DNA from: Clostridia bacterium
GTDB taxonomy: Bacteria > Bacillota > Clostridia > UMGS1883
Direction of reading: 5' to 3'
Length of the DNA: 64,000 nucleotides
Assembly (NCBI GenBank): GCA_045591265.1
Contig: JAZNSQ010000019.1
Span: 102,531 to 166,530 of the forward strand
Shown in pieces: positions 9,324 through 18,995 of this stretch. The position numbers and the translations under genes were made by a program. Below the pieces are notes generated by a model, which was not told the DNA's origin, did not search any database, and saw only the letters and a list, made by a program, of their open reading frames with translations. Every line of letters begins with the position of its first letter. The first letter of the stretch is position 1.

Positions 9324-12300
9324 ATGTACCTTAAAAGAATAGAGCTTCAGGGGTTTAAATCCTTTGCCGAAAAAACCGTTATAGAAGTGCATCAGGGAAT
9401 TACTGCAATCGTTGGTCCTAACGGCAGTGGTAAGAGTAATATTTCGGATGCAGTTCGCTGGGTTATGGGTGAGCAAAGCGCAAAAACACTCCGTGGCGGA
9501 AAGATGGAGGACGTTATTTTTGCAGGCACGCAAAAGCGTAAGCCGCTGGGCTTCGCCGAGGTTTCGCTTGTGCTTGATAACTCCACCCATTTTCTTCCTT
9601 GTGAGTATGAAGAGGTTGAAATCTCCAGAAGGGTTTTTCGTAGCGGAGAAAGTGAATATTTAATTAACAGAAACCCCTGCAGACTTAAAGACATCAATGA
9701 GCTCTTTATGGATACAGGGCTTGGTCGTGATGGATATTCCATCATCGGTCAGGGCAAAATTGCGGAAATCGTTTCTGCAAAAAGTGAGGACCGCCGTCAA
9801 ATTTTTGAGGAAGCGGCAGGAATTTCAAAGTACCGCTACAGAAAAAATGAGGCGGAGCGTAAGCTTAATCACACGGAAGAAAACCTTACCCGTGTGCGCG
9901 ATATTTTAACCGAGCTTACTGAAAGAGTTGAGCCACTTCGCAGGCAAAGCGAAAAGGCAATCCGTTACCTTGATTTACGTGAGGAGCTTAAGGGTATTGA
10001 AATCAGCGCCCTCTTGGAAATAACAGACGTAAAAAGGGCAGAGGCGGAAAAAACAAAAATCCTCTTTGATAATGCCACACAGGAATTTGAACAGTCCAAA
10101 AAAATTCTTGACGAATATAACCAAAAAAGTGATGAACTTTATGCCACAATGAAAGAAACCGACTCGATTTTGGAAGAAAAAAGAGAGCGTCTTTCAAATT
10201 TGGAGGCGCAAAGCTCGTCAATCGAAAACAGAAAAGCAATCCTTAAAAATAATATTGAAAACCATAAGGCAAACATTTTCAGAATTGAAAGTGAGCTTGC
10301 GGGCTGGTCAAAGCGTGACGATTCGCTTAGGAATGCACACGTTGAAGCCGAAAAAGAAAAGGTAAGGATAAGTGCAAAGCTTGATGAGCTAAATCTTGAG
10401 CTTAAGGCACTCGAAAAATATGATGAGGAGCTTTCTCGTGAGCTTTCAAATCGTATGGCAAACCTTGAAGGCGCGCGTGATGATGTGCTTAAGCTTCGCC
10501 AGAAAAAGAGCGAGGCGCAAAGCAGAATTGACAGCATTGACCTTATCACTCAAAACATTGAAACGCGTCGTTTTTCAATCGAGGTGGATATTGCTTCAGC
10601 CAATGACGATATAAATACGCTTTCTTTAAAATCAAGAGAATTGAATGCTAAAAGCGAGGAAAAAGAAAAAGAAAAGCAAAAGGCAGAAAATGAAGTTTAT
10701 GAAGAAAATCAGAAGTTTCATAAGCTCAACAGCCTTATTACCGAGCTTAAAACTAAATATAACGATATTTCCAAAAGCCTTGGCGAAAAGCAAGGGCGTC
10801 TTAAAATGCTTGAGGAGATGGAGCGTGGGCTTGAGGGTTATGCACGCGGTGTCCGTGAGCTTTTAAAGGCAAAGGAAGAAGGAAAGTACACAGGCGATTT
10901 AAAAGGTGTTTTAAGCGCACTTATTTCCGTTGATAAAAAATACATAACCGCCGTTGAAACCGCACTTGGAAACACAATGCAAAACATTGTCGTAGATAGC
11001 GAAAACGATGCAAAAAAAGCGATAGAATACCTTAAGGAAAACCGCCTTGGAAGAGTAACATTTCTTCCCATTTCTTCGCAGGAGGCGAGAAGGCTTGATA
11101 ACGAGAAACGCGTTATGGAAAATGCGGGCGCATTATCAGTTGCAAGCGATGTTGTAGAGTGTGACAAAAAAATAAAAAATGTTATTGAGGCGCTTTTAGG
11201 AAGAACCGTTATTATGGAGGATATCGATTCTGCCATAAAGCTTGCAAAAGAAACGCATTACAAATTTAAAATTGTAACCCTTTCAGGTGAACTCCTTCAA
11301 CCAGGCGGAAGTATGACGGGCGGAAGCATAAACAAAGCGCAGGCACTTCTCGGCAGAAAAGAAGAAATCGAGATTCTTACAAAAGAGTGTGATAGGCTCG
11401 AATCCGACACTCAAAAGATAGAAGACGATATAGACGATGCAATAGAAAACGCTGAAAAAAGCAGACTCGCGGAAGAAAAGAAAAGAACTATTCTTTCTGA
11501 AATTGAGTCAGAAGCGCTTAAACTCCGTGCCGAGCTTGATATGAAAAATAGTCTTCTTGAAATGGCAAAGGAACGTGCACAAAAGCTCCAGAGCGAGAAA
11601 AAGCAGATTTCCGAGGAAAAGTCAGACACGGAAAACTCTATAAAAATGCTTCGTGAGGTGCTAGAAGGCTCTGACGCGCTTATAGAAAAGGCGGAGGAAA
11701 ATGTCCTTTCAAAGCAAAATGCAGTCCGCGAAATTTCAGAAAAACGTGAGGAGCATTCAGGCACAGTAATAAACAAAAAAATGGAGATAAATAATGCCCG
11801 GAAGGATGAAGAGGTTAATCAAAATAAAATTTCAGACATCCTAAAAAGCCTTGACAATTCTAAGACAGATTATAATGAGGCTCTCGGGCACAAAGATGCG
11901 GAAATTAATCTTATAAAAGAAATAGAAAAACAGCTTGAGGATAATGATGTTCTTATGAAAGAGTGCGTTTCCTCGCAGGAGGCTTTGCGCGAAGAAATTA
12001 AAACATATCTTTCAGGCAAAAGCGGAAGCGACGCAGAGCTTGAAAATCTTCGTGAAAAGATTAAAGATATTAATGAGCGCATCTTACTTATGCAAAGCGA
12101 AGTCGTAAGAATTGAAACAAGGAAAAACAAAATCGATGAAGACCTTGAGAGTGCCGCTAACAGACTTTGGGACGATTATGAGCTTACTTATAACAGCGCC
12201 CTTTCTCTTAAGCGTGACATCGGTTCGCTTTCCGAAGCACAAAAGAAAATTACAGAGCTTAAAGGCTCAATCCGCGCACTCGGGAATATTAATGTGGATT

Positions 12301-12890
12301 CCATAGAAGAATATAAAGAGGTTAAGGAAAGATACGAATTCTTAACAAGTCAGGTTTCTGATATGGAAAAAGCAAAGGGTGACCTTGAAAAATTAATTTC
12401 CGAAATGATGGAAATTATGAGGCAGCAGTTTGCCGAAAAATTCGAAATCATAAATGAGCTTTTTGCAAAAAGCTTTGTTGATTTATTCGGCGGCGGTCAG
12501 GCAAAGGCAAAGCTTACAAATCCGCTTGATACGCTTGAAAGCCCGATTGAAATTGAAGTTCAGCCCCCCGGAAAGAAGCTTCAGAGCATCACTCTTCTTT
12601 CAGGCGGTGAGCATGCGCTTACGGCAATTGCACTTCTTTTCGCACTTCTTCAGGTTTCGCCCGCGCCATTTTTAGTGCTTGATGAAATTGAAGCGGCACT
12701 TGATGACGAAAACGTATACCGCTTTGCCGATTATATAAGAAACTATCAGAGTAATACCCAGTTTGTAGTTATTACTCACCGTCGCGGTACTATGGAGTCA
12801 GCCGATATTCTCTACGGTGTAACAATGCAGGAAAAAGGAGTAAGCAGGCTTCTTTCAATGAAGCTTGATGACATAGCCATTGAAGAATAA
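9324..12890 (+). CDS. smc: Chromosome segregation protein SMC
   Basis: GFKSF, Walker A GPNGSGKSN, coiled coils, hinge GRVTFLP, LSGGE, LDEIEAALD; adjacent to ftsY. Confidence 0.97.
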   Translation: MYLKRIELQGFKSFAEKTVIEVHQGITAIVGPNGSGKSNISDAVRWVMGEQSAKTLRGGKMEDVIFAGTQKRKPLGFAEVSLVLDNSTHFLPCEYEEVEISRRVFRSGESEYLINRNPCRLKDINELFMDTGLGRDGYSIIGQGKIAEIVSAKSEDRRQIFEEAAGISKYRYRKNEAERKLNHTEENLTRVRDILTELTERVEPLRRQSEKAIRYLDLREELKGIEISALLEITDVKRAEAEKTKILFDNATQEFEQSKKILDEYNQKSDELYATMKETDSILEEKRERLSNLEAQSSSIENRKAILKNNIENHKANIFRIESELAGWSKRDDSLRNAHVEAEKEKVRISAKLDELNLELKALEKYDEELSRELSNRMANLEGARDDVLKLRQKKSEAQSRIDSIDLITQNIETRRFSIEVDIASANDDINTLSLKSRELNAKSEEKEKEKQKAENEVYEENQKFHKLNSLITELKTKYNDISKSLGEKQGRLKMLEEMERGLEGYARGVRELLKAKEEGKYTGDLKGVLSALISVDKKYITAVETALGNTMQNIVVDSENDAKKAIEYLKENRLGRVTFLPISSQEARRLDNEKRVMENAGALSVASDVVECDKKIKNVIEALLGRTVIMEDIDSAIKLAKETHYKFKIVTLSGELLQPGGSMTGGSINKAQALLGRKEEIEILTKECDRLESDTQKIEDDIDDAIENAEKSRLAEEKKRTILSEIESEALKLRAELDMKNSLLEMAKERAQKLQSEKKQISEEKSDTENSIKMLREVLEGSDALIEKAEENVLSKQNAVREISEKREEHSGTVINKKMEINNARKDEEVNQNKISDILKSLDNSKTDYNEALGHKDAEINLIKEIEKQLEDNDVLMKECVSSQEALREEIKTYLSGKSGSDAELENLREKIKDINERILLMQSEVVRIETRKNKIDEDLESAANRLWDDYELTYNSALSLKRDIGSLSEAQKKITELKGSIRALGNINVDSIEEYKEVKERYEFLTSQVSDMEKAKGDLEKLISEMMEIMRQQFAEKFEIINELFAKSFVDLFGGGQAKAKLTNPLDTLESPIEIEVQPPGKKLQSITLLSGGEHALTAIALLFALLQVSPAPFLVLDEIEAALDDENVYRFADYIRNYQSNTQFVVITHRRGTMESADILYGVTMQEKGVSRLLSMKLDDIAIEE

Positions 12891-12920
12891 CTAAATGGCT
12901 AACATTTGAGGAGTAATTAA

Positions 12921-13841
12921 ATGGAAAAAATGAGTTTGTTCTCAAAACTAAAGGATGGCTTAAGTGGCACCCGCAAGGCATTTTCAGAAAAAATAGAGGG
13001 TGTCTTCTCGGTTTTTAAAAAAATTGATGACGACCTTTATGATGAGCTTGAGGAAGCGCTTATAATGGCAGATATCGGCGGGGAAACTTCTATGGAAATC
13101 GTGGATGAGCTTCGAAAAAATGCCAAAGAAAAGCATATCTCGGATGCCGATACCTTAAAAGAAGAACTGAAAAATATAATTTCAAATATTCTTTCGGGAA
13201 AAGAGTCATCTTTAGTGCTTGACACAAAGCCAAGCGTAATCCTCGTAATAGGCGTAAACGGTGTCGGAAAAACCACAACGATTGGAAAGCTTGCTCATAA
13301 GCTTAAAGAGAAAGGCAAAAAGGTGATACTCGCAGCCGCGGATACCTTCCGTGCAGCAGCGGCAGATCAGCTCGAGATCTGGGCAGAGCGTAATGAGGTG
13401 GATATCATAAGACTAAACGAGGGTGCAGACCCTGCCGCCGTTATATATGACGGCTGTAGCGCCGCTAAAAGCCGTGGTGCGGATGTTCTCATCTGCGATA
13501 CTGCAGGCAGGCTTCACAACAAGAAAAACCTAATGGATGAGCTAAATAAAATTTACCGCGTAATTGCGCGTGAGCTTCCCGAATCTAAAAAGGAAACTCT
13601 TTTGGTGCTTGACGCGTCAACAGGGCAAAACGCCGTAAATCAGGCAGAAGAATTTAGCAAAGCTGCCGAAATAAGCGGAATTGTCCTTACAAAGCTTGAC
13701 GGAACTGCAAAGGGCGGAATAGTTGTAAACATCTCAAAAAAGCTCGGTATCCCCGTTAAATTCGTAGGCGTGGGTGAAGGAATTGATGACCTTCAGCCTT
13801 TTGACCCTGACAGCTTTTCAAAAGCACTTTTTTCTGAATAA
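12921..13841 (+). CDS. ftsY: SRP receptor FtsY
   Basis: GVNGVGKTTT, DTFRAAA, DTAGR, TKLDGTAKGG. Confidence 0.97.
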   Translation: MEKMSLFSKLKDGLSGTRKAFSEKIEGVFSVFKKIDDDLYDELEEALIMADIGGETSMEIVDELRKNAKEKHISDADTLKEELKNIISNILSGKESSLVLDTKPSVILVIGVNGVGKTTTIGKLAHKLKEKGKKVILAAADTFRAAAADQLEIWAERNEVDIIRLNEGADPAAVIYDGCSAAKSRGADVLICDTAGRLHNKKNLMDELNKIYRVIARELPESKKETLLVLDASTGQNAVNQAEEFSKAAEISGIVLTKLDGTAKGGIVVNISKKLGIPVKFVGVGEGIDDLQPFDPDSFSKALFSE

Positions 13842-13851
13842 AATTAAATTG

Positions 13852-13884
13852 AAAAAGCTAATGGCTGTGTTCATTAGCTTTTTT
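13852..13884 (+). terminator. Intrinsic terminator after ftsY
   Basis: AAAAAGCTAATG/CATTAGCTTTTTT. Confidence 0.7.
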
Positions 13885-13991
13885 CTATACATAGGATATT
13901 TAAAAACATATTTGCTATAAATCAATACAAAAATTCCTTGAAAATTAAGGGTATGTCTTTGTATAATTATAGTTAAAGGAGATGATTTTGT

Positions 13992-14978
13992 ATGTTAAGA
14001 GTAGCTATAATCGGCGCAGGCGGAGGTATTGCGTATTATCACATCCTTGCATATAAAGCTTTTGAAAAGCAAGGATTGGTAAAAATTTGTGCGTACTGTG
14101 ATGCGCATCCTGAATCATTAAAGTTTGATGATGACGTAAAAGTATACAGTGATTTTAACGAACTTTTGGAAAAAGAAAAAGGAAATCTTGATTTCGTTGA
14201 TATCTGTACTCCTACATTTTTACATAAGGAGATAACTGTAAAGGCACTTCGCGCAGGGCTTCATGTTCTTTGCGAAAAGCCCATGGCACTTAACGTTGAA
14301 GATACAGAGGAAATGATTCTTACCTCAAAGGAAACAGGCAAAAAATTAATGATTGCCCAGCTTTGCCGTTTTGATCAGCGCAATGAAAAAATAAAGGAAA
14401 TTATTGAAAACAAAACTCTTGGAAAGCTTAAGAGCATTGAATATTCAGGACACATAAAGAGTCTCCCCGTTGGTAAAGACGGTTGGTTTGCTAACTACAA
14501 GCTCTCCGGCGGACCTATCTTTGACGTGCATGTTCACGACACTGATATTCTCACATATTTTGTTGGTATGCCCGAAAGCTTAAGCGCTGTTTCAACTGAT
14601 ACAGATGTAAAGACTTATAACACTATTGCAGCAAACCTTTTGTATAAGGACGGAGTTTTTGCAAGCTACAGAGGTGACTGGAACGCAGCAAGCGGGCTTC
14701 ACGAGCCGGGAAGAGCACTCCGCTTCAACTTTGAAAACGGATATATCGTATTTAACAATAAAGAGTTTGTTTCAGTCAATGCTGATAATGAGTTTGTAGA
14801 TTTATCTATAAAAGATTTGCGTGAACCATTTGAATACGAAATAGAATATTTTATGGATTGCGTTGTTAATGATAAGCCATTTGATAAATGTCCGCCTGAG
14901 GAGTCATCAAACGCTATAAAGATTATATGTGCAGAGATGAAATCAGCAGACAACAAGGGCGAAAAGATAACATTTTAA
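13992..14978 (+). CDS. Gfo/Idh/MocA family oxidoreductase
   Basis: Rossmann GAGG, ICTPT..H, CEKP, SGG...D..VHD.D. Confidence 0.88.
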   Translation: MLRVAIIGAGGGIAYYHILAYKAFEKQGLVKICAYCDAHPESLKFDDDVKVYSDFNELLEKEKGNLDFVDICTPTFLHKEITVKALRAGLHVLCEKPMALNVEDTEEMILTSKETGKKLMIAQLCRFDQRNEKIKEIIENKTLGKLKSIEYSGHIKSLPVGKDGWFANYKLSGGPIFDVHVHDTDILTYFVGMPESLSAVSTDTDVKTYNTIAANLLYKDGVFASYRGDWNAASGLHEPGRALRFNFENGYIVFNNKEFVSVNADNEFVDLSIKDLREPFEYEIEYFMDCVVNDKPFDKCPPEESSNAIKIICAEMKSADNKGEKITF

Positions 14979-15007
14979 CTAAACAAAAATTATATGGAGG
15001 TATAAAT

Positions 15008-16027
15008 ATGGAAAAAAATTATCGTGTTGTTTTCCCGTCTAAAAGCAAAGTAGAAATCGTGGAATCTGAAATTCCTACACCCCGTGCCGGCGAAGTTTTA
15101 ATTAAAAACATCGTTACTCAGATAAGCACAGGAACAGAGCTTACACAGCTTGAACAGAATTTCAGTGAAGATTCAGACTGGAACAGACTTAAAAACTTTA
15201 TGGCTTATCCTATTTACCCCGGTTATTCAAGTGTTGGTGAAGTTATTGCCGTTGGTGAAGGATGTGACCCTTCTTTATTAGGTAAGAAAGTAGCATCAGC
15301 AGTCAGCCATCAGAAATATGAAGCATTTCCTGCTACTCACATCTCTGTTTTAGCTGATAATATTGACCCTGATGATGCAGTTTTCCAGACTCTTGCAGTT
15401 GTTGCTCTTGCAAGCATCAGAGTTGCAAAAATTGAGCCCGGCGAAACAGCTGTTGTTTTCGGTGCAGGCCTTATAGGTCAGCTCGTTGCACGTTTAGCTA
15501 AAATTGCAGGTGCGGTTAACGTTATTATTGCTGACGTATCTGAAAACAGATTAAAATATGCTCCTAAAGAAAAGGGCTTCTATGCAATCAATTCAGAAAA
15601 AGAAAGCGTTGAAGAACTTGTTAAAAAGGTTAACTTCGGAAACCTTGCTAATGTTGTTTTTGAAACCACAGCATATCCTCCTTTAATGGAAAAGGAATTA
15701 AAGTGTGCTGCAAAATTAGGAAGAGTAGTTGTATCAAGCAGTCCCAAGTCACCCTCAAAGGTTGATTTCCAGTACTGCAGTTCAATGGCATTAACTATAG
15801 TTAGTGCAGGTAATGGTATTGTTCACTCTCCTGTTGCAACACCCCAGAGCCCGTGGACAACAATCCGTGACAACCAGTACTTTGTTCAGCTTCTTGAAAA
15901 CGAGGAAATTTCTCTTAAAGAAATGGTAACTCATAAAGAAAGCTGGAAAAATGCAGTTGAGTTATATGAACTCTTAATGAAGGACAGAACTCAGGCTCTC
16001 GCTGTTCATCTTGACTGGAGAGACTAA
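15008..16027 (+). CDS. MDR-family (zinc-binding dehydrogenase-like) oxidoreductase
   Basis: ISTGTE, YPGYS.VGEV, GAGLIG; start ATG after GGAGG. Confidence 0.8.
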   Translation: MEKNYRVVFPSKSKVEIVESEIPTPRAGEVLIKNIVTQISTGTELTQLEQNFSEDSDWNRLKNFMAYPIYPGYSSVGEVIAVGEGCDPSLLGKKVASAVSHQKYEAFPATHISVLADNIDPDDAVFQTLAVVALASIRVAKIEPGETAVVFGAGLIGQLVARLAKIAGAVNVIIADVSENRLKYAPKEKGFYAINSEKESVEELVKKVNFGNLANVVFETTAYPPLMEKELKCAAKLGRVVVSSSPKSPSKVDFQYCSSMALTIVSAGNGIVHSPVATPQSPWTTIRDNQYFVQLLENEEISLKEMVTHKESWKNAVELYELLMKDRTQALAVHLDWRD

Positions 16028-16159
16028 ATTTAAAAATTTAAAACTTTAAATTGGAAAACCTAATAAAAATTGCCAGAATATATTTTTTCTCCTGTCAAAC
16101 ACTATTATCGTAAGCTCGAGATAAATCGGCTTATATTAAATTAAAAGGAGAAAAAGAAA

Positions 16160-16351
16160 ATGAGCAGATCAAAGAATTTAGTACCCGAAGCAAGAGAAGC
16201 GCTTAATCGTTTTAAGATGGAAGCAGCTAACGAAGTAGGTGTTACTCTTAATCAGGGTTACAACGGTGACAAAACAAGCCGTGAAAATGGTTCTGTAGGC
16301 GGCCAGATGGTTAAGAAAATGATTAAAGCCTACGAAGAATCAATGAAGTAA
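16160..16351 (+). CDS. alpha/beta-type small acid-soluble spore protein
   Basis: KMEAANEVG and SRENGSVGGQMVKKMI motifs. Confidence 0.93.
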   Translation: MSRSKNLVPEAREALNRFKMEAANEVGVTLNQGYNGDKTSRENGSVGGQMVKKMIKAYEESMK

Positions 16352-16360
16352 GAAATCTTT

Positions 16361-16398
16361 TAATTAATGGGATGCAGAAATTTCTGCATCCCATTAAT
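16361..16398 (+). terminator. Hairpin/terminator after SASP gene
   Basis: TTAATGGGATGCAGA/TCTGCATCCCATTAA. Confidence 0.6.
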
Positions 16399-16454
16399 AT
16401 TGACAAGAAAGCACTCCTTTGGTAAAATTAAAGCGGAAAAAGAGAGTGATAGTT

Positions 16455-17606
16455 ATGGAAAAAATACTTACCTACATACTTCAAAATAAAATCTTAAAAA
16501 AGCTCGTTTTAAGTAAAAGTAAGGACGAAAAGGTGCTTCGTGCAACAGGCAGGCTCATTGAAATTAAAAGCGAGGTCTATCTTGCAATAGAAACCTTTAT
16601 GACAGACGGTAAGGCAATCCAGAAGAATATAATGATAGATGACGCCGTAGATACACTTTTAGAATTAGTGCCTGGAAAGTTCGGTCAGTTAAATTTAATC
16701 ACAACACTTGGTGACTGTGAAATTAAAACTTCAAAAAAAGGGAAGATAACCGTTATAGACCACATAAAAAAAGGGGATATAAAAGAATCCGTCAGCTCGC
16801 ACAATAAAAAAAAGAAGTACATTCTTCCTGAAAATGAGCCGATTGACTTTTTAATCGCACTTGGCGTTTCGGATGAAAACGGTAGAATTTTTGATAAAAA
16901 GAGGTCAAAATTCCGCCAGATAAATAAGTTTTTAGAGCATATTGAAACTGTCCAAAAGGAAATTTGTGCGGGGAACGATGTTTACATTTTAGACCTATGC
17001 TGCGGAAAAAGCTATTTAAGCTTTGCGCTTTACTATTATTTTTCAAAAATTCTCGGTAAAAATGTTATAATGGACTGCGTTGACTTAAAGGAAGATGTAA
17101 TAGAGTATTGCACCTCTATAGCAAAAAAGCTTAATTATACTAATCTTAATTTTACTGCAGGCGATATCCGCAATTTTGAAATTAAAAGAAAGCCTGACCT
17201 TACGGTGTCACTTCACGCGTGCGATATTGCAACCGATATTGTTCTTGCAAAAGCAATAGATTCAGGCTCAAGGGTAATACTTTCCACGCCTTGTTGCCAT
17301 CACGAAATGTTTAATCAGTTAAAAAAGAAAAACGCACTTACTGACGTTTTGCTTGAGCATTCCATACTAAAGCAAAAATTTACGGACGCGCTTACTGATG
17401 CACTTCGATGCAAGGTGCTTGAGATTAATTCTTATAACACCGTGGCGCTCGAGCTTATTGACCCTGACGAAACGCCAAAGAATGTCTTAATCCGCGCCAT
17501 TAAAACGAAAACAGACGAAAAAAAGAAGCAGGCTCTTATAAAAGAGTATGAAGATATTTGCCTGGCTCTTGGTATTGAGCCGTTTCTTCAGAATTACGCA
17601 AAATAA
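16455..17606 (+). CDS. SAM-dependent methyltransferase (uncharacterised family)
   Basis: KFRQINKFLE, DLCCGKSYL, LHACD.ATD, PCCHH, TPKN. Confidence 0.8.
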   Translation: MEKILTYILQNKILKKLVLSKSKDEKVLRATGRLIEIKSEVYLAIETFMTDGKAIQKNIMIDDAVDTLLELVPGKFGQLNLITTLGDCEIKTSKKGKITVIDHIKKGDIKESVSSHNKKKKYILPENEPIDFLIALGVSDENGRIFDKKRSKFRQINKFLEHIETVQKEICAGNDVYILDLCCGKSYLSFALYYYFSKILGKNVIMDCVDLKEDVIEYCTSIAKKLNYTNLNFTAGDIRNFEIKRKPDLTVSLHACDIATDIVLAKAIDSGSRVILSTPCCHHEMFNQLKKKNALTDVLLEHSILKQKFTDALTDALRCKVLEINSYNTVALELIDPDETPKNVLIRAIKTKTDEKKKQALIKEYEDICLALGIEPFLQNYAK

Positions 17607-17636
17607 AAAAAAGGAATGGACTCCCATTCCTTTTTA
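17605..17636. terminator. Bidirectional terminator
   Basis: AAAAAGGAATGG/CCATTCCTTTTT between convergent genes. Confidence 0.65.
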
Positions 17637-17637
17637 T

Positions 17638-18207
17638 TTAACTGAAAAACAGTATTCCCAGTGCCGCCGAAAGAATGATAAGCATTATCGGCGATATCGC
17701 TTTTTTACAAAATCGCTTATATATAGAAGACGCACCAACTACAATTAAAAATATGATAATTGATTTAAAATCCGGGGAGAAGGAAGAGCGAATGCTCTCA
17801 ATTCCCGACAAAACGGAAATTATCATTGTAAGTCCCGTAGCGCAGATAAGAGCCGTAATAACAGGCTTTATTCCGCCCAGGACAGATTCTGTCGCTTTAT
17901 ACTTCATAAGATTATTCATAACCGTTGCAATAACAAGGATTATAACAAAAGAGGGGAGAACAACCCCAAGCGTTGCAAAAAGTGAGCCGAGAATTCCCCC
18001 TTGAGAAGACCCCACAAACGTTGCCATATTTATTGCAATAGGGCCCGGTGTAGACTCTGACACAGCGATAAAATTCATAATCTCACTTTGAGTAAGCCAA
18101 TTGTGCCTAAGGCATTGCTCTCTTATAACGGGAATCATCGCGTACCCACCGCCAAAGGAAAATGCGCCTATTTTAAGGAAGGTAAAAAATAACTTCAGAT
18201 ATATCAT
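17638..18207 (-). CDS. Short-chain chromate transporter (CHR) subunit
   Basis: SFGGGY, ESTPGP.A.N.AT motifs. Confidence 0.88.
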   Translation of the reverse strand: MIYLKLFFTFLKIGAFSFGGGYAMIPVIREQCLRHNWLTQSEIMNFIAVSESTPGPIAINMATFVGSSQGGILGSLFATLGVVLPSFVIILVIATVMNNLMKYKATESVLGGIKPVITALICATGLTMIISVLSGIESIRSSFSPDFKSIIIFLIVVGASSIYKRFCKKAISPIMLIILSAALGILFFS

Positions 18208-18782
18208 TTTTCTGCCTCCTTATTATTTTTTACTTTAAAGAGATAGGAAAAACCTCCAAGCACTGCCCCAATAAAAATAAGAAGTATTGAGGAAAGCTTT
18301 ATTGATAAAAGTGAGGTAGCTATAATTAAAAGAGTAATCAGTGCAAAAATCAAAAGATTAAAAGCATTTTTTTCAAGCTTTTTAAGCATTTTAAGTCCTG
18401 CTGATAATATAAGATATCCCACGCAGACCTGTATCCCGCGAAAAGCGTAATCTACATACTCTATCTTTAAAAAGGTATCAAAGAAAAGTGAAATTACATA
18501 GATAATAACAAAAGACGGCAAACAAACCCCCATCGTTGCAAAAAGTGAGCCGAAAATATGACCTACCTTATAGCCAATATATGTTGCAGAATTTATCGCA
18601 ATGGGGCCTGGGGTGGACTCTGCAATTGATATAATATCCATAAATTCATCATGCGAAATCCATTTTTTATTTTCGACAAATTCCCTTTCAATCAGGGCAA
18701 TCATCGCATATCCTCCGCCAAAAGTGAAAAGACCTATTTTAAAAAAAGATAAAAAAAGTCGGACAATATTTTTTTTAATCAT
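18204..18782 (-). CDS. Short-chain chromate transporter (CHR) subunit
   Basis: TFGGGY, ESTPGPIAIN motifs; overlaps partner by 4 bp. Confidence 0.88.
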   Translation of the reverse strand: MIKKNIVRLFLSFFKIGLFTFGGGYAMIALIEREFVENKKWISHDEFMDIISIAESTPGPIAINSATYIGYKVGHIFGSLFATMGVCLPSFVIIYVISLFFDTFLKIEYVDYAFRGIQVCVGYLILSAGLKMLKKLEKNAFNLLIFALITLLIIATSLLSIKLSSILLIFIGAVLGGFSYLFKVKNNKEAEK

Positions 18783-18863
18783 ACTAATCACCTTTTTTCA
18801 TTATACTATATTTTTCTCCATAAAACAACAATATATTAAATAATTTGAAAAACCAAAAATATG

Positions 18864-18951
18864 TTGACATAGCGCGCGAAAGGTGATAAATTATAATAAA
18901 TGCAATGGTTAGTTTCCCGTCCCCAACTATTGTTTGAGGACGGGCATTTTT
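18864..18951 (+). promoter_or_regulatory. Promoter plus leader hairpin with T-tract (possible attenuator) upstream of acyl-CoA ligase-iorAB
   Basis: TTGACA-17-TAAATT at 18864-18892; CCCGTCC../..GGACGGG stem 18916-18944 followed by TTTTT. Confidence 0.45.
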
Positions 18952-18995
18952 ATATGCTTTTTTCAAAAGAAATATAATGATAAAGGATGAGAAAA

